A stretch of 64,000 nucleotides of DNA from an uncultured virus (IMG/VR IMGVR_UViG_3300032301_000717) (IMGVR_UViG_3300032301_000717); one strand, 5' to 3'; numbered from the stretch's first letter, positions 50,773 to 60,416 are shown. A program made the numbers and translations. The notes: generated by a model not told the origin, from the sequence alone.

Positions 50773-52935
50773 ATGGCACTCACCAAACAAGAGCAATTAG
50801 AATTAGAGCAGTTAAAAAACGATCCAGAATTACAACATTTATTCAATCAGGATCTGCCTGCTGAAAATAAAGTTGAAACATCTATGCCAGAAGCCTTAGC
50901 TCGTTCAGCAGCTCAGGGTTTAACTTTTGATACAGCGGATGAAATGGCTGCGGCTTTAGAGTCTGCAACTAGCTCAAAACCTTACCAACAAGCATTAGAA
51001 GAATCTAGAGCTGAATACAAGAAGTCCGAAAAAGAGTACCCTATTACTTCAGCATTAGGAGGATTAGGTGGGGGAATGGCTCAAGCTGCTCTAATAACAG
51101 GTCTTAGCGGAGGAACTGCTGCACCTGCGGAAGCTGCTTCAGTAGCTGGGAAGGGGTCGAAAGCTTTACAACTTTTAAGATCAGCATTAGTTCCTACAGT
51201 TGGCGAAGGAGCTTTGGCAAACATAGCGAGTGCTGGTAAAGTTGGTGCTACTATGGGCGGTTTAACAGCTCTAGGTGCTTCTGAGAGAGAAGGGCTTGAG
51301 AGAATAAAGGATGTACCAACAGGCGTTGCTGTAGGCGGTATTGGTGGTGCTACTATAGGCGGAGCTTTAGAAGGGCTGGGTGCTACTGGTAGAGCTATCG
51401 GTAAAAGTATTTCAGAAAAAGCTGATCAAGGTAAACTTCCAGAAATCTTTAAAGTTGGAAAAACATCAGTAGCTTTAGGTAAAGAAAGTATAGGTTTTGT
51501 AACTCCAGAAAACAAAGCGACCATAAGAGAAAGAGCTGTGCAAGTAGCAGAATCTGTTATGCCTCAAATAAATTCTAAAATACAAGAAGTTGCTACATTA
51601 AAAAACAAAATATTAGACAACATTCCTGCTCCACAAAGAGCCAATATTGTGCCCGAAATAAAGCTGTTGATAGGTGATTTGAGAAAATTGGGTAGAAATA
51701 AAGCTAATAAAGCTGCTGATGAAATAGAATCTTTATATTTAAACAGATTAAAAGAATTAACAGACGCTCAAAAAACCTTAACATTAGGAGACTGGCACTC
51801 GTTAAGTAGAGATATAGACGAAATTCTAGCTAATAAAAAGATAATGGGAATGGGTAAAGCTAAAGGTCTTAGGGCTAAATACGGCTTTACTATGAAAAAT
51901 AAAATTGAAAGTTCTGTAGATACAGAAACAGCTTTAGCTTCGTTAGCTAAAGACACAGACGCTTTAGATTTATATTCAAAATACATCAAACAATTAGAAC
52001 CAAAGAAACTTTTAAATGTAGACGAAGCAGAAGAAGTTGCTGGTGTTTTAGGCGAAAGCTTGAAAGGAATGGGCGGTACTGCTTTTGACGTAGCTAAGGA
52101 AGATACTTTACAAAAGGCGCAGTATCTTAACGACCTAGTTGACTCTATAAAAAAGATAGCTATAACCGAAGACAAGTCGATTTCCGAAGATTTAATTAGA
52201 GCTGAAATAAAAAACGTACTAAATAATGCTCCAATCGAAGTAATCGAAAACGCTAACCCTTTAAAAAAGGTAAATGATTTAATTTATAATCTATCATCAG
52301 GATCTGAGTTTCTTGGTATTAAAAGAAAAAAAGATGTCTTCGGTAGTGACTTGAAATCATTTGAAGAGTTTAAAAAAATATTTAGAAACGTACTTCAATT
52401 AAGCTCTGATAAAGAAAGTAATGAAATAAATAAAAAAGCTTATGACAAAGCTATGGAATATTTATCAAAGAATTTTCCAGACATGGCTGATAATATTAGA
52501 AAAAGTATGGATAAAGCCATTGATGAAATACAGGCATTAAGATATACACAACAAGGATCTCTTGATGCTCCATTGAAAGAAGCTGGTGTTATTAAATCTG
52601 CACTTGGGAATATAGGACAGTATATGGTTACTGGTGCTAACTTAGCCGCACAAACAGTAGAAGCTGCTAGTAAAGGAACGGCTGGACCAATTTTCGGAAC
52701 TAGTACTGCACTTAGACCGGGAGTAAGTGGGTTAACTTCTCTCAAGTCAACAATTGATAGTTATCCCGAAGGGCGCATAAAAGACACTTTATTAAAAATT
52801 GTTAATCAAGCATTGAACGAAAAGGACGCTGGAAGAAGAGCTGCTATGATGAATGTTTTAATGCAATATTCACCAATAAGAAAGATAATGAAAGAAAGGC
52901 AAGATCTAGAAAAACAAAATATACAAAAGAAGTAA
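50773..52935 (+). CDS. Putative internal virion/ejection protein
   Basis: AQGLTFDTADE motif, Gly-zipper segments, helical C-terminal half. Confidence 0.62.
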   Translation: MALTKQEQLELEQLKNDPELQHLFNQDLPAENKVETSMPEALARSAAQGLTFDTADEMAAALESATSSKPYQQALEESRAEYKKSEKEYPITSALGGLGGGMAQAALITGLSGGTAAPAEAASVAGKGSKALQLLRSALVPTVGEGALANIASAGKVGATMGGLTALGASEREGLERIKDVPTGVAVGGIGGATIGGALEGLGATGRAIGKSISEKADQGKLPEIFKVGKTSVALGKESIGFVTPENKATIRERAVQVAESVMPQINSKIQEVATLKNKILDNIPAPQRANIVPEIKLLIGDLRKLGRNKANKAADEIESLYLNRLKELTDAQKTLTLGDWHSLSRDIDEILANKKIMGMGKAKGLRAKYGFTMKNKIESSVDTETALASLAKDTDALDLYSKYIKQLEPKKLLNVDEAEEVAGVLGESLKGMGGTAFDVAKEDTLQKAQYLNDLVDSIKKIAITEDKSISEDLIRAEIKNVLNNAPIEVIENANPLKKVNDLIYNLSSGSEFLGIKRKKDVFGSDLKSFEEFKKIFRNVLQLSSDKESNEINKKAYDKAMEYLSKNFPDMADNIRKSMDKAIDEIQALRYTQQGSLDAPLKEAGVIKSALGNIGQYMVTGANLAAQTVEAASKGTAGPIFGTSTALRPGVSGLTSLKSTIDSYPEGRIKDTLLKIVNQALNEKDAGRRAAMMNVLMQYSPIRKIMKERQDLEKQNIQKK

Positions 52936-52937
52936 TT

Positions 52938-53267
52938 ATGGAAAAAGATAGATTGACTAGACTCGAAGATAAAATAGATAAAATCTCCGATAAGTTACAA
53001 GAAATAAATCTAGTAATGGTAGAGAATACTCAGTCGTTGATTATCCATGAAAAAAGAACCGATTTGGCTGAGAAGAAATTAAGTTTACTTGAAGGTGAGT
53101 TTAAAGAAAAGGCACAAGAAGACAAAGCTAGTATCGGTAAAATTGAAACTAAACTAGAACCTATTCATAATCATGTGATTATGGTAAACACCATACTTAA
53201 ATACGTTTTACCATCTGTGTTAGCAATCCTAGCCTTTCTTCTTAAGATCGGCATTATTAAATACTAA
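52938..53267 (+). CDS. Coiled-coil protein with C-terminal TM segment (XhlA/holin-like)
   Basis: RLTRLEDKIDKI heptads and a hydrophobic C-terminus. Confidence 0.55.
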   Translation: MEKDRLTRLEDKIDKISDKLQEINLVMVENTQSLIIHEKRTDLAEKKLSLLEGEFKEKAQEDKASIGKIETKLEPIHNHVIMVNTILKYVLPSVLAILAFLLKIGIIKY

Positions 53268-53816
53268 CATCAAATATTTACCATAATTAGACGCAGCTAA
53301 CTTTCTATCAGAATTAGACGTAGGGTTTATGCAAGCCTCATAGTCTTGTCTCATTTCTTCTAGTATTTCACTTTCAAGATTATCACTATTCCCTAAGTAT
53401 TCGTCATATATCAGATTACTTAGTACATTGAAATCGCTCGTATGTAAATTCATTTCTGCGTTGTTTAGATTGTCTATAAACTCATCTATATCAGAAGACC
53501 TATATGTTTGTCCCGTTGCGTTAGATATGGTAAGACCGCATCTATTTCTAATATTGTTTCTGGTATAGCATTGCCTTCTTTCTTCTGGAGTCTTATGAAA
53601 GTTATCATCGCTATAAGTTCCTACAGCATTTTTCTTAAAAGAACCGCTAACATATTCTGCCATGAACTGATCTAAGAATTTCAACTCTTCTTCATTAAGC
53701 TTTTTTAAGTAATCCATATCAAGAACTTCAGCTCTTGTTTTTGCGTTCAGCCTTGGATTTAACGCTGGATACTTCTCTAAGTCTCTTTTTTTTCTCTGCT
53801 TTTTCTGCTTTGACAT
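53229..53816 (-). CDS. Hypothetical protein with basic N-terminus
   Basis: 195 aa with GGGGA RBS; last gene of the minus-strand block. Confidence 0.7.
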   Translation of the reverse strand: MSKQKKQRKKRDLEKYPALNPRLNAKTRAEVLDMDYLKKLNEEELKFLDQFMAEYVSGSFKKNAVGTYSDDNFHKTPEERRQCYTRNNIRNRCGLTISNATGQTYRSSDIDEFIDNLNNAEMNLHTSDFNVLSNLIYDEYLGNSDNLESEILEEMRQDYEACINPTSNSDRKLAASNYGKYLMLVFNNADLKKKG

Positions 53817-54111
53817 AATCCCCTAACACTCTATCTAATTCAATTAAACATTCTTTTTTATTTAGCAACAGGGTTTCTTTACCCTTTCTCTTAATATTAA
53901 TTATAGCATGAAACACTTTAATATCCACAGGATCTTCCGACCACTTTTTGTAGTGGTGATATATATGCTTTGTGTATATTTTGTTGTTGCCGCTTAAGAT
54001 TCTAAAGGTTTCTTCGTAGTAAGCTAAGTCGTGCCTTCTATCATACTCTTCGTCATCTTCTTGTTTTGCTATTTTTAAAAGCTGATCATTCGTAAGTGCT
54101 GACGACCCCAT
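53728..54111 (-). CDS. Hypothetical protein
   Basis: 127 aa ORF overlapping both neighbours. Confidence 0.6.
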   Translation of the reverse strand: MGSSALTNDQLLKIAKQEDDEEYDRRHDLAYYEETFRILSGNNKIYTKHIYHHYKKWSEDPVDIKVFHAIINIKRKGKETLLLNKKECLIELDRVLGDYVKAEKAEKKKRLREVSSVKSKAERKNKS

Positions 54112-54463
54112 AACCTATAATCCCCACAATTAACGCACCTGCTGTAAAGTAAAACGCACTCTTCCAGAAGTCAGTATTCTCTTGCCTAACTTCTCTATCA
54201 GCCATTTCCTGCGTTCTTTTTTGATATACGTCAACTCGTTTGTTAGCTATATCTATTTCAGTTTGTTGTAGTTTACCTAGTTCTTCTAGTAAAAGATTCT
54301 TCTTAACGAGAAAATCCTTCTCTAGTACTTCTTTTCGTATCTGTAATTCTTTTTCTTTTGTAAAAAGAATACCATCAAAAGGAACAACATCGCCTTTCTT
54401 AACAGTGATCACTTCTTGAGAAAACGCATTAAATGTAATTAGTAATAGCAATAGGTACTTCAT
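54086..54463 (-). CDS. Exported coiled-coil protein with signal peptide and C-terminal TM segment (spanin-like topology)
   Basis: MKYLLLLLITFNAFS signal-like start; C-terminal AFYFTAGALIVGIIGYGVV. Confidence 0.55.
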   Translation of the reverse strand: MKYLLLLLITFNAFSQEVITVKKGDVVPFDGILFTKEKELQIRKEVLEKDFLVKKNLLLEELGKLQQTEIDIANKRVDVYQKRTQEMADREVRQENTDFWKSAFYFTAGALIVGIIGYGVVSTYE

Positions 54464-54711
54464 TTATCTCCTCGCTTGCTCCAGAAATCCTCTGCAGTTT
54501 GTTTATCGTTTACAGGCTGTTCTGTTAGCTGGCTTAAATCAGATTTTACTTCTGAAATCTTTTCAGCAATAACATCCTGCTTTGTTTCAAGTTTAGCATC
54601 TTCTATTTTGGTTTCAGATATCTTATCGTTAGATTTTAATTTTTGATTTTGGTTGAAGAGGTATAAAACCCCTCCAACCAATACAGTAATTATTCCAATT
54701 ACATATTCCAT
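54460..54711 (-). CDS. N-terminal TM plus coiled-coil protein (i-spanin-like topology)
   Basis: YVIGIITVLVGGVLYLF followed by a charged helix. Confidence 0.5.
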   Translation of the reverse strand: MEYVIGIITVLVGGVLYLFNQNQKLKSNDKISETKIEDAKLETKQDVIAEKISEVKSDLSQLTEQPVNDKQTAEDFWSKRGDK

Positions 54712-55455
54712 CTATAGCCCCAGTGGTCTAATTTCTTTGAAGTATTTTAAAACTTGTTCAGACTTTCCTTCTTCCCCAGAAAATACAGGTTCAGTAATTA
54801 AAGGACACTCAGAAACTTTAGCTAAAACACTGAAGATAAACATGTTAATTTCTTTATCTACCCAACCGTTTAATGTATTGTCGCATTTTAAACTAACCAC
54901 TTCATCGGCAAATCCGTCCTTAATTGCATTATCTCCAACAGCCCAATACTCATCTCTAACTAATTCAGTATATGTATCTTTACTAAATTTACCATTAGTT
55001 CTACTGATAACATACTCGTCCATCTTATTTACCAACTGAGTAATATGACTGATTCTAGAATTAACTTGCTGTGGAATGTCTCCTCTAAAAGAACCGTTTG
55101 CTCGGTGTGACATAATAGTAGAGAACTCGGTAACTAATCTGACAGGACTATGTTGTAGGATATGAAACCCCATACTAGCTGCAAAATTAGCAACAACATG
55201 AACTGGTCTTCTTAAGGTATTCATGTATTGAATTAAATCTAATCCATCCATAACGCTACCTCCGGGAGTATTTAAAACTAAGTAAATTGGTTCTGAAGCT
55301 TCACCTTCTCCTGCAATCTTTTGAAGAGCAACCATAGTTTCTGAAACAGAATTAGCTGTAACAGGTCCAGTTAAACTTACGCAGTTAGTTTTAGTTAAGA
55401 CAATCTCTTTTGCGTAAACAGAGAAACTCAACATCAGTAAGATGAGCACTTTCAT
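54712..55455 (-). CDS. ClpP-like serine protease with an N-terminal signal peptide
   Basis: LNTPGGSV, AASMG (Ser), MSHRA (His), RDEYW...AIKDGFADEV (Asp region); MKVLILLMLSFSVYA leader. Confidence 0.82.
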   Translation of the reverse strand: MKVLILLMLSFSVYAKEIVLTKTNCVSLTGPVTANSVSETMVALQKIAGEGEASEPIYLVLNTPGGSVMDGLDLIQYMNTLRRPVHVVANFAASMGFHILQHSPVRLVTEFSTIMSHRANGSFRGDIPQQVNSRISHITQLVNKMDEYVISRTNGKFSKDTYTELVRDEYWAVGDNAIKDGFADEVVSLKCDNTLNGWVDKEINMFIFSVLAKVSECPLITEPVFSGEEGKSEQVLKYFKEIRPLGL

Positions 55456-55979
55456 TAATCCTCCTCGGATATTTTTTTGAAGTTGTAGGGATTTACAAAT
55501 AGTTCTTCTATGTATAAATCTTCTAGGTTCTTATAACAGTATTCTACTGGATCAATATAAGGGTGCATTATACTAACAGGGCAAGTTGCGAAAGATAGAT
55601 TAACCACAGCTTCAACGTGATCTCTTTTTAAAGTACAGTGTCCCCATTCGTGGTATAGCAAAGCTTTTCTGCCTTCAGGGCTTAAGCTGTCAAATATTGG
55701 CTTTGAAACAACTACAGTATTAGTTCTTGGTATACAGTAAGCTGCTGTACCAAATGACAGTTCGTCCTTGAAAACCGTAATCAATCTAAATACATCAGGC
55801 TCTACCTTGTACCTATCAGCATCTTCCATGAATTGAACAAAGGTTGTTCTTAGTTCTGGCTCTACATAAATTGGTACATTTAAAACCTTGCTAAACGTAA
55901 ATAAAAATAAAGTGAATATGATAAAAAGCATAAAACCTTTTATGCACACTTCTACGAATTTATAAAAAAAATTAATCAC
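55455..55979 (-). CDS. Membrane-anchored zincin metalloprotease
   Basis: N-terminal TM segment; HEWGHCTLKRDH (HExxHxxxxxxH) and SIM Met-turn. Confidence 0.78.
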   Translation of the reverse strand: MINFFYKFVEVCIKGFMLFIIFTLFLFTFSKVLNVPIYVEPELRTTFVQFMEDADRYKVEPDVFRLITVFKDELSFGTAAYCIPRTNTVVVSKPIFDSLSPEGRKALLYHEWGHCTLKRDHVEAVVNLSFATCPVSIMHPYIDPVEYCYKNLEDLYIEELFVNPYNFKKISEED

Positions 55980-55993
55980 TAAAATCCTTCGGT

Positions 55994-56386
55994 TTAATCC
56001 TCATCTAATTTTAACACAGGTTTTTCTTTTTTCCCAATCTTTCTCAAGGCATTTTCTTGTTTAGTCTTTTCAGCATGACATTCGTGACAAATAGCTTGCC
56101 ACTTATCTTCCGTAACAAACAACCTCTTGATAACCTCATCCCAACTTCCAAAGCCTGTTACCGGTATTACGGGGTTTATGTGATCTTTCTTCATATCTTT
56201 TCTCCGACAAGTTTTCTTACAAGAAGGACAAATATGAACACCTCTACTAACTCTAGTCTTCTCAATACATATTTCCGAAGGCTTCCAAAATCTACTAGCC
56301 CTACGTAAGATAGACATCAAGAAAGATCTAAATCTAGGGTCTTCTATTGACATGATTGGCTTATTATTCTTTTTCTTCTTTTCCAT
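55994..56386 (-). CDS. HNH endonuclease-like protein
   Basis: CPSC...DHINPV...QAICHECHAEKT. Confidence 0.8.
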   Translation of the reverse strand: MEKKKKNNKPIMSIEDPRFRSFLMSILRRASRFWKPSEICIEKTRVSRGVHICPSCKKTCRRKDMKKDHINPVIPVTGFGSWDEVIKRLFVTEDKWQAICHECHAEKTKQENALRKIGKKEKPVLKLDED

Positions 56387-56732
56387 CTCTAACTACCTTA
56401 CTGTGATTACAGTCTGTGCAAAGCATAATTTTTCCAAAAGGAACATTGAGTTCTTTTAGTTTTGTAGATTTGCAAACATAACAACTATTAGTAATTTTAA
56501 TTTGTTCTAATGTTGCCTCATTCTTAGCACCTCGTATTAAAGATTCCACTGAAAAGTTATCGGTATTATCTTTTAAATACTTAGAGGTCTTGTCAAAGAC
56601 TGAACGTAGAGTAGCTAGTTCTTGCTTCAGCCTTTCGTTATCACTTTTTAATCTTCTATTTGCAGCTTTTAATTCCTTTAATGTTTTTTCATTCTCTTCG
56701 GTATCGTTATCTTTTCTTCGGCTTCTGCCCAT
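56364..56732 (-). CDS. Coiled-coil plus Zn-ribbon protein
   Basis: bZIP-like N-terminal heptads; CYVC...CTDC. Confidence 0.65.
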   Translation of the reverse strand: MGRSRRKDNDTEENEKTLKELKAANRRLKSDNERLKQELATLRSVFDKTSKYLKDNTDNFSVESLIRGAKNEATLEQIKITNSCYVCKSTKLKELNVPFGKIMLCTDCNHSKVVRDGKEEKE

Positions 56733-56741
56733 TAAACCCTC

Positions 56742-57104
56742 TCAATCGCCAAATTTAAAAATGATTCCTTCAGGACTAACCATATTTCTATCTATAAGTA
56801 TATCATAGAAAAATTTAATACGATCACGTAAAATAATACGAGTAACCATTGGGATTAGCTTCTTGGAAAGAGGGATACTATCCCATAATTCCGGGAACTT
56901 AAATCCATTCTCTGTTTTAATTCTGAGTCTACCGTGCGTGTTAAAAGATACATTATTTGATAGCCTTATAAAATATCCCATGTCTGAGATAACGGCTATA
57001 TGTCTAATAGGATAGAAGTTATTATCGTCACAGAGTACGAGTTCTCCTACCTTGAGGTTTCTTAAATGTTTATTACCGTCTTTAGTAATTACTCGAAGTT
57101 CCAT
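56742..57104 (-). CDS. Free-standing degenerate Hint (intein-like) domain protein
   Basis: RVITKDGxKxLxNLKVGExVL, YxIRLSN, KTENGFK, YDIxID and EGII follow Hint blocks A, B, F and G; catalytic termini absent. Confidence 0.6.
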   Translation of the reverse strand: MELRVITKDGNKHLRNLKVGELVLCDDNNFYPIRHIAVISDMGYFIRLSNNVSFNTHGRLRIKTENGFKFPELWDSIPLSKKLIPMVTRIILRDRIKFFYDILIDRNMVSPEGIIFKFGD

Positions 57105-57747
57105 CTCTTTTAAAAGTCCACCATAAAGAAATACCAGATTGTAAGTCTATAATACTTTTATTATTATCTATCACAACATCATAGTCTGATTCATCACCCA
57201 AGTCATTTTCACTACTATGAGTATCTGTCGAGACTAATCCATTTCTTTTAATTAAAATTAAAGTCGCACCTAGGCTTTTTAAAAACTCTCTTTCATTTCT
57301 AAGTCTAGCATCTGCAATTACAAAGTTATCAGAGTTTGTTTTGTCCATCGTCTTCTTTAGGTACTTAAGCCAAACTTCATTATCTACATAATTTCTAATG
57401 ATGTCTGTACCAACAACTTGCATAAGCTGTCTTAGTGAATTTAACTGCTTGTTAATAAACTCATGACTAATAGCTCTGTACGAATTTTCACTAATAAAAA
57501 AGCCATCGTCCTCTAAAATATCTAATAGCATGTAGATATGGTTATGTCCGATAAGAATCGGGCGAGTGAAGGAAGCCTCCTTTTTAATAGGATCGTCTAG
57601 ATCTTCTCTAGGAATATTAAAAACTTTGCTGCAAATATCTTTGAGTTTATCTGCAAAACTAATCCTTACAAATTTATGGCGTTCAATTAAACCTAACGCT
57701 GCGGTATCTTTACCTGATAGTTTTTTACCAGAGATAGCAATAATCAT
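57082..57747 (-). CDS. Deoxynucleoside monophosphate kinase
   Basis: IIAISGKKLSGKDT, SFADKLK, RQLMQVVGTD, ADARLRNE and HSSE motifs; start moved to 57747. Confidence 0.88.
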   Translation of the reverse strand: MIIAISGKKLSGKDTAALGLIERHKFVRISFADKLKDICSKVFNIPREDLDDPIKKEASFTRPILIGHNHIYMLLDILEDDGFFISENSYRAISHEFINKQLNSLRQLMQVVGTDIIRNYVDNEVWLKYLKKTMDKTNSDNFVIADARLRNEREFLKSLGATLILIKRNGLVSTDTHSSENDLGDESDYDVVIDNNKSIIDLQSGISLWWTFKRDGTSSNY

Positions 57748-58100
57748 ACAACTCCTTTTTGCGTATAAAAGTTCATAACCTGCTCTGCCCACAGAACTAT
57801 CTCAGGAGAATGTTCTGCAGTTATCTCTGCTCCCAATTCCTCCATCTGATCCTTAGTCAAAGAGCTTGACTCTATTAAGCTAGAGAACACTAGGATATGG
57901 AATATCTCATGACGAATTGTTGGTAAAGTAAATCTACTCTTCTTTAAGTAAATGCTATTCTCATCGGGAAGTGTAATAGCTTGAGTCTCTTCATTCTCTT
58001 CTTCGCAAGGAAACCTTTTATCAAATACTCTATCAGTTAATAATACAAAATGCCAATTACGACCTTTTATATTTATTGTAATGACTTCATTGTATCTCAT
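57744..58100 (-). CDS. Small HExxH (zincin-like) protein
   Basis: TIRHEIFHIL with a downstream EE. Confidence 0.65.
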   Translation of the reverse strand: MRYNEVITINIKGRNWHFVLLTDRVFDKRFPCEEENEETQAITLPDENSIYLKKSRFTLPTIRHEIFHILVFSSLIESSSLTKDQMEELGAEITAEHSPEIVLWAEQVMNFYTQKGVV

Positions 58101-58107
58101 GATTCAC

Positions 58108-58911
58108 CTATTTTTTAGCGTTATACGTTCTCATAGCTGCGGCTACTTTAGGATCACCTTTTGCATACCTTGCTAATACTAAAAACAATTCTTCCAAACT
58201 TAGTACGTCAAACTTGTTATACTCTTTCATGCAATTCCAAGCTTTAACATTACCCTTCATACACTCATCCCACATGCTAAATCCGGGAAACATCTTATGG
58301 TCTTGCTTCTTATATTTTTTGCAGAACTTAGCTGTCATGTGAGCAAGTTTATTTGTGAAAAATCTAAAGTGTTTTCTTGCAATCTTAACCGTATCTATAG
58401 TTTTATATGGACTGGGTGGTTCAATCTCATGTTCTATTAAACGATTATTAATCTCTCCATAATCAAAAGAATCCCCGTTTTGCCAAATAACAATATCAGC
58501 ATCATCTAATAGATCTCGCAAAGGCTGCATAAGCTTTTTATCATTCAGTAAATTCTTTTCATTCCCACGCTGATCTTTATAGATAACTTTATTTTCTGGA
58601 TCTCCTAACCACTTCGCTGACCAAGAAAGAATAGCTCCATCCTCTATCAACATTTCAGTGCCTACGTTCTGATCATAAGATCCCCATACCCACGCTTTCT
58701 TAGGTTTAGTTTCTACGTCTAGTAATAAAACTTTTGGAAGATTCTTTTCCACTTCAGCACCATAAGTATCAATACAGTGCTTAATAGAATTGTGAGATCT
58801 TTCTATATTAAAATATTGTTTAAATAGTTTAGCGATAGAATGTCTTGAGTGACCTTTTTTATATTGATTAATTACAAATCTTATCTCAGCTTTAGTCCAG
58901 TCAATTTTCAT
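58108..58911 (-). CDS. DnaQ/RNase H-like 3'-5' exonuclease with an N-terminal HTH-like region
   Basis: LLDVET, QNGDSFD, IDTVKIAR and YNKFDV motifs. Confidence 0.82.
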   Translation of the reverse strand: MKIDWTKAEIRFVINQYKKGHSRHSIAKLFKQYFNIERSHNSIKHCIDTYGAEVEKNLPKVLLLDVETKPKKAWVWGSYDQNVGTEMLIEDGAILSWSAKWLGDPENKVIYKDQRGNEKNLLNDKKLMQPLRDLLDDADIVIWQNGDSFDYGEINNRLIEHEIEPPSPYKTIDTVKIARKHFRFFTNKLAHMTAKFCKKYKKQDHKMFPGFSMWDECMKGNVKAWNCMKEYNKFDVLSLEELFLVLARYAKGDPKVAAAMRTYNAKK

Positions 58912-59123
58912 AAATCCTCATTGTGTTAGCTTAGTAGTTTTGTTGGTATGCTCTCTAGCGCACATGAAGTACATGGCAATAGATAACATTACAACTTTCT
59001 CTAAAGATTCTCTTTGTTCCATGTCTAAGGTAGGTATCTCTAATTCTTCTTGTACAATCTCTACAACTCTCTCAATCCATTCGTCATTCAAAGAAATTGT
59101 TGGGACAGCTTTCTTCTTAGTCA

Positions 59124-59663
59124 TTATATATTATCCTTTAAATATACACAAGTTTTATTGTTGGTACTAAACTTTTGTAATTTAGGTTTACCAAATTTAA
59201 TTGAATCAAGTTTCTTTTCTAACATTATACTTACACAAGCTGTACTACAACCTTCTTCATATGTTATACAAGTGCCAATAAAAATATCATATTCATTAGG
59301 AGAATTTACTGCTGGATCTTTTGATTGAAATACCCAGCTATCACCATATCGCTCAGACGACTGCAGAGTTTGTGACTTGATATGTAAGTTATACATACCC
59401 CAACGCAAATCCGGATCAAACGATTTATTTTTAGCTGAGTATATATTTAAGTCTGGTGCTGTAATATTAGTCTTCCCTTGCTCAAGGTATATAAAGTATA
59501 CACCAAACTCAGCTAGTTTTCCTAACATAATATCATGCTTAATCTTATCTTCATTAACTTGTTTTCTTCTGGCGTATTCATCAACACTAGATTTGAATGA
59601 CTGCTCTGAAAAATGTTTACAGAGAGTTATGATGTCGCCTTCTAGCACACGATACTTATTCAT
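59124..59663 (-). CDS. Putative PD-(D/E)XK-fold nuclease
   Basis: GKLAE...PDL...HIKS pattern. Confidence 0.45.
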   Translation of the reverse strand: MNKYRVLEGDIITLCKHFSEQSFKSSVDEYARRKQVNEDKIKHDIMLGKLAEFGVYFIYLEQGKTNITAPDLNIYSAKNKSFDPDLRWGMYNLHIKSQTLQSSERYGDSWVFQSKDPAVNSPNEYDIFIGTCITYEEGCSTACVSIMLEKKLDSIKFGKPKLQKFSTNNKTCVYLKDNI

Positions 59664-60020
59664 CTTCCGGACACCATTCTCTTTTCATTTCATAATCTAA
59701 ATTACGAACGTAGTTTCTAACTTCATCTTTACGAGAGTCATGAACTTGCTTAACTAGTACGTGTTCGTCAACTTCTTTTTCAGTAAGAGGACGAAGGTTC
59801 GGCTCCATAAATAACTCAATCATTTTCAGAATATCTTCAGCTTTGTCTGATAGATTTGGATTTACAATTTTTAATTTAGTTTCAATGTTTTGTATTAGCT
59901 GACTTCTTTTTGCGAACACACAATCCTCCTAGGTATTCTTTAATTAAATATAACACAACTTTGGGAATTTCAGAGTGTTTAATTGTAAAAGTACTTGACG
60001 AAGGTAGTACAAATATTTCT

Positions 60021-60242
60021 CTATCCCTTGCTATAAATGTCGTCGTTCTTAATTCCATCACGTATCCTTTCAATCTTTGACAAAGTTACTTCAGTAATAT
60101 CTTTTTTAGTATCGTAAACGATTACTTTAATATTAGTATGATCGACATAAGCATAAGCCATTTCACTCAACGTAAGATACGTCTTATCTACTGTATCGTA
60201 GAAATGATAATTCCGGTATCGTTTAATTAGTCTCATCCTCAA
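60021..60242 (-). CDS. PhaR/PHB-accumulation regulator N-terminal DNA-binding domain-like protein
   Basis: IKRYRNxxFYDTxxxTYLTL...IKVIxxxTKKDITxxTL resembles IKKYxNRRLYDTxxSxYITL...VxDxxTGEDIT. Confidence 0.62.
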   Translation of the reverse strand: MRMRLIKRYRNYHFYDTVDKTYLTLSEMAYAYVDHTNIKVIVYDTKKDITEVTLSKIERIRDGIKNDDIYSKG

Positions 60243-60416
60243 ACCCTTTATTTCTAATAGCTCTGATGTTATCTAATGCTAACTTAAGTTTAGTCTTATC
60301 CTCTGCTTCAAGTTTATCAAACAAAGAATAGTAGATGTTATTGATAGAGTTATACATTTTTCCTAATTCTAATTGCGTTACCACAATGTTTTCGTTTGCA
60401 TCAGTTGTTACTTTCA

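Noticed and set aside
14009..52745. Numerous short minus-strand ORFs inside the structural module, and short plus-strand ORFs inside minus-strand genes
   Set aside because: Antisense shadows of long genes, without RBS or recognisable motifs.
45910..52935. Tape measure protein or virion RNA polymerase
   Set aside because: Four separate 411-720 aa ORFs, no tail tube, sheath or chaperone frameshift genes recognised, and no DxDGD polymerase motif; these fit ejection proteins better.
57082..57125. Programmed frameshift fusing dNMP kinase to the Hint-like ORF
   Set aside because: The TTTTAAAA run would need a +1 shift, a -1 shift hits a stop, and the Hint-like ORF has its own ATG; no positive evidence.
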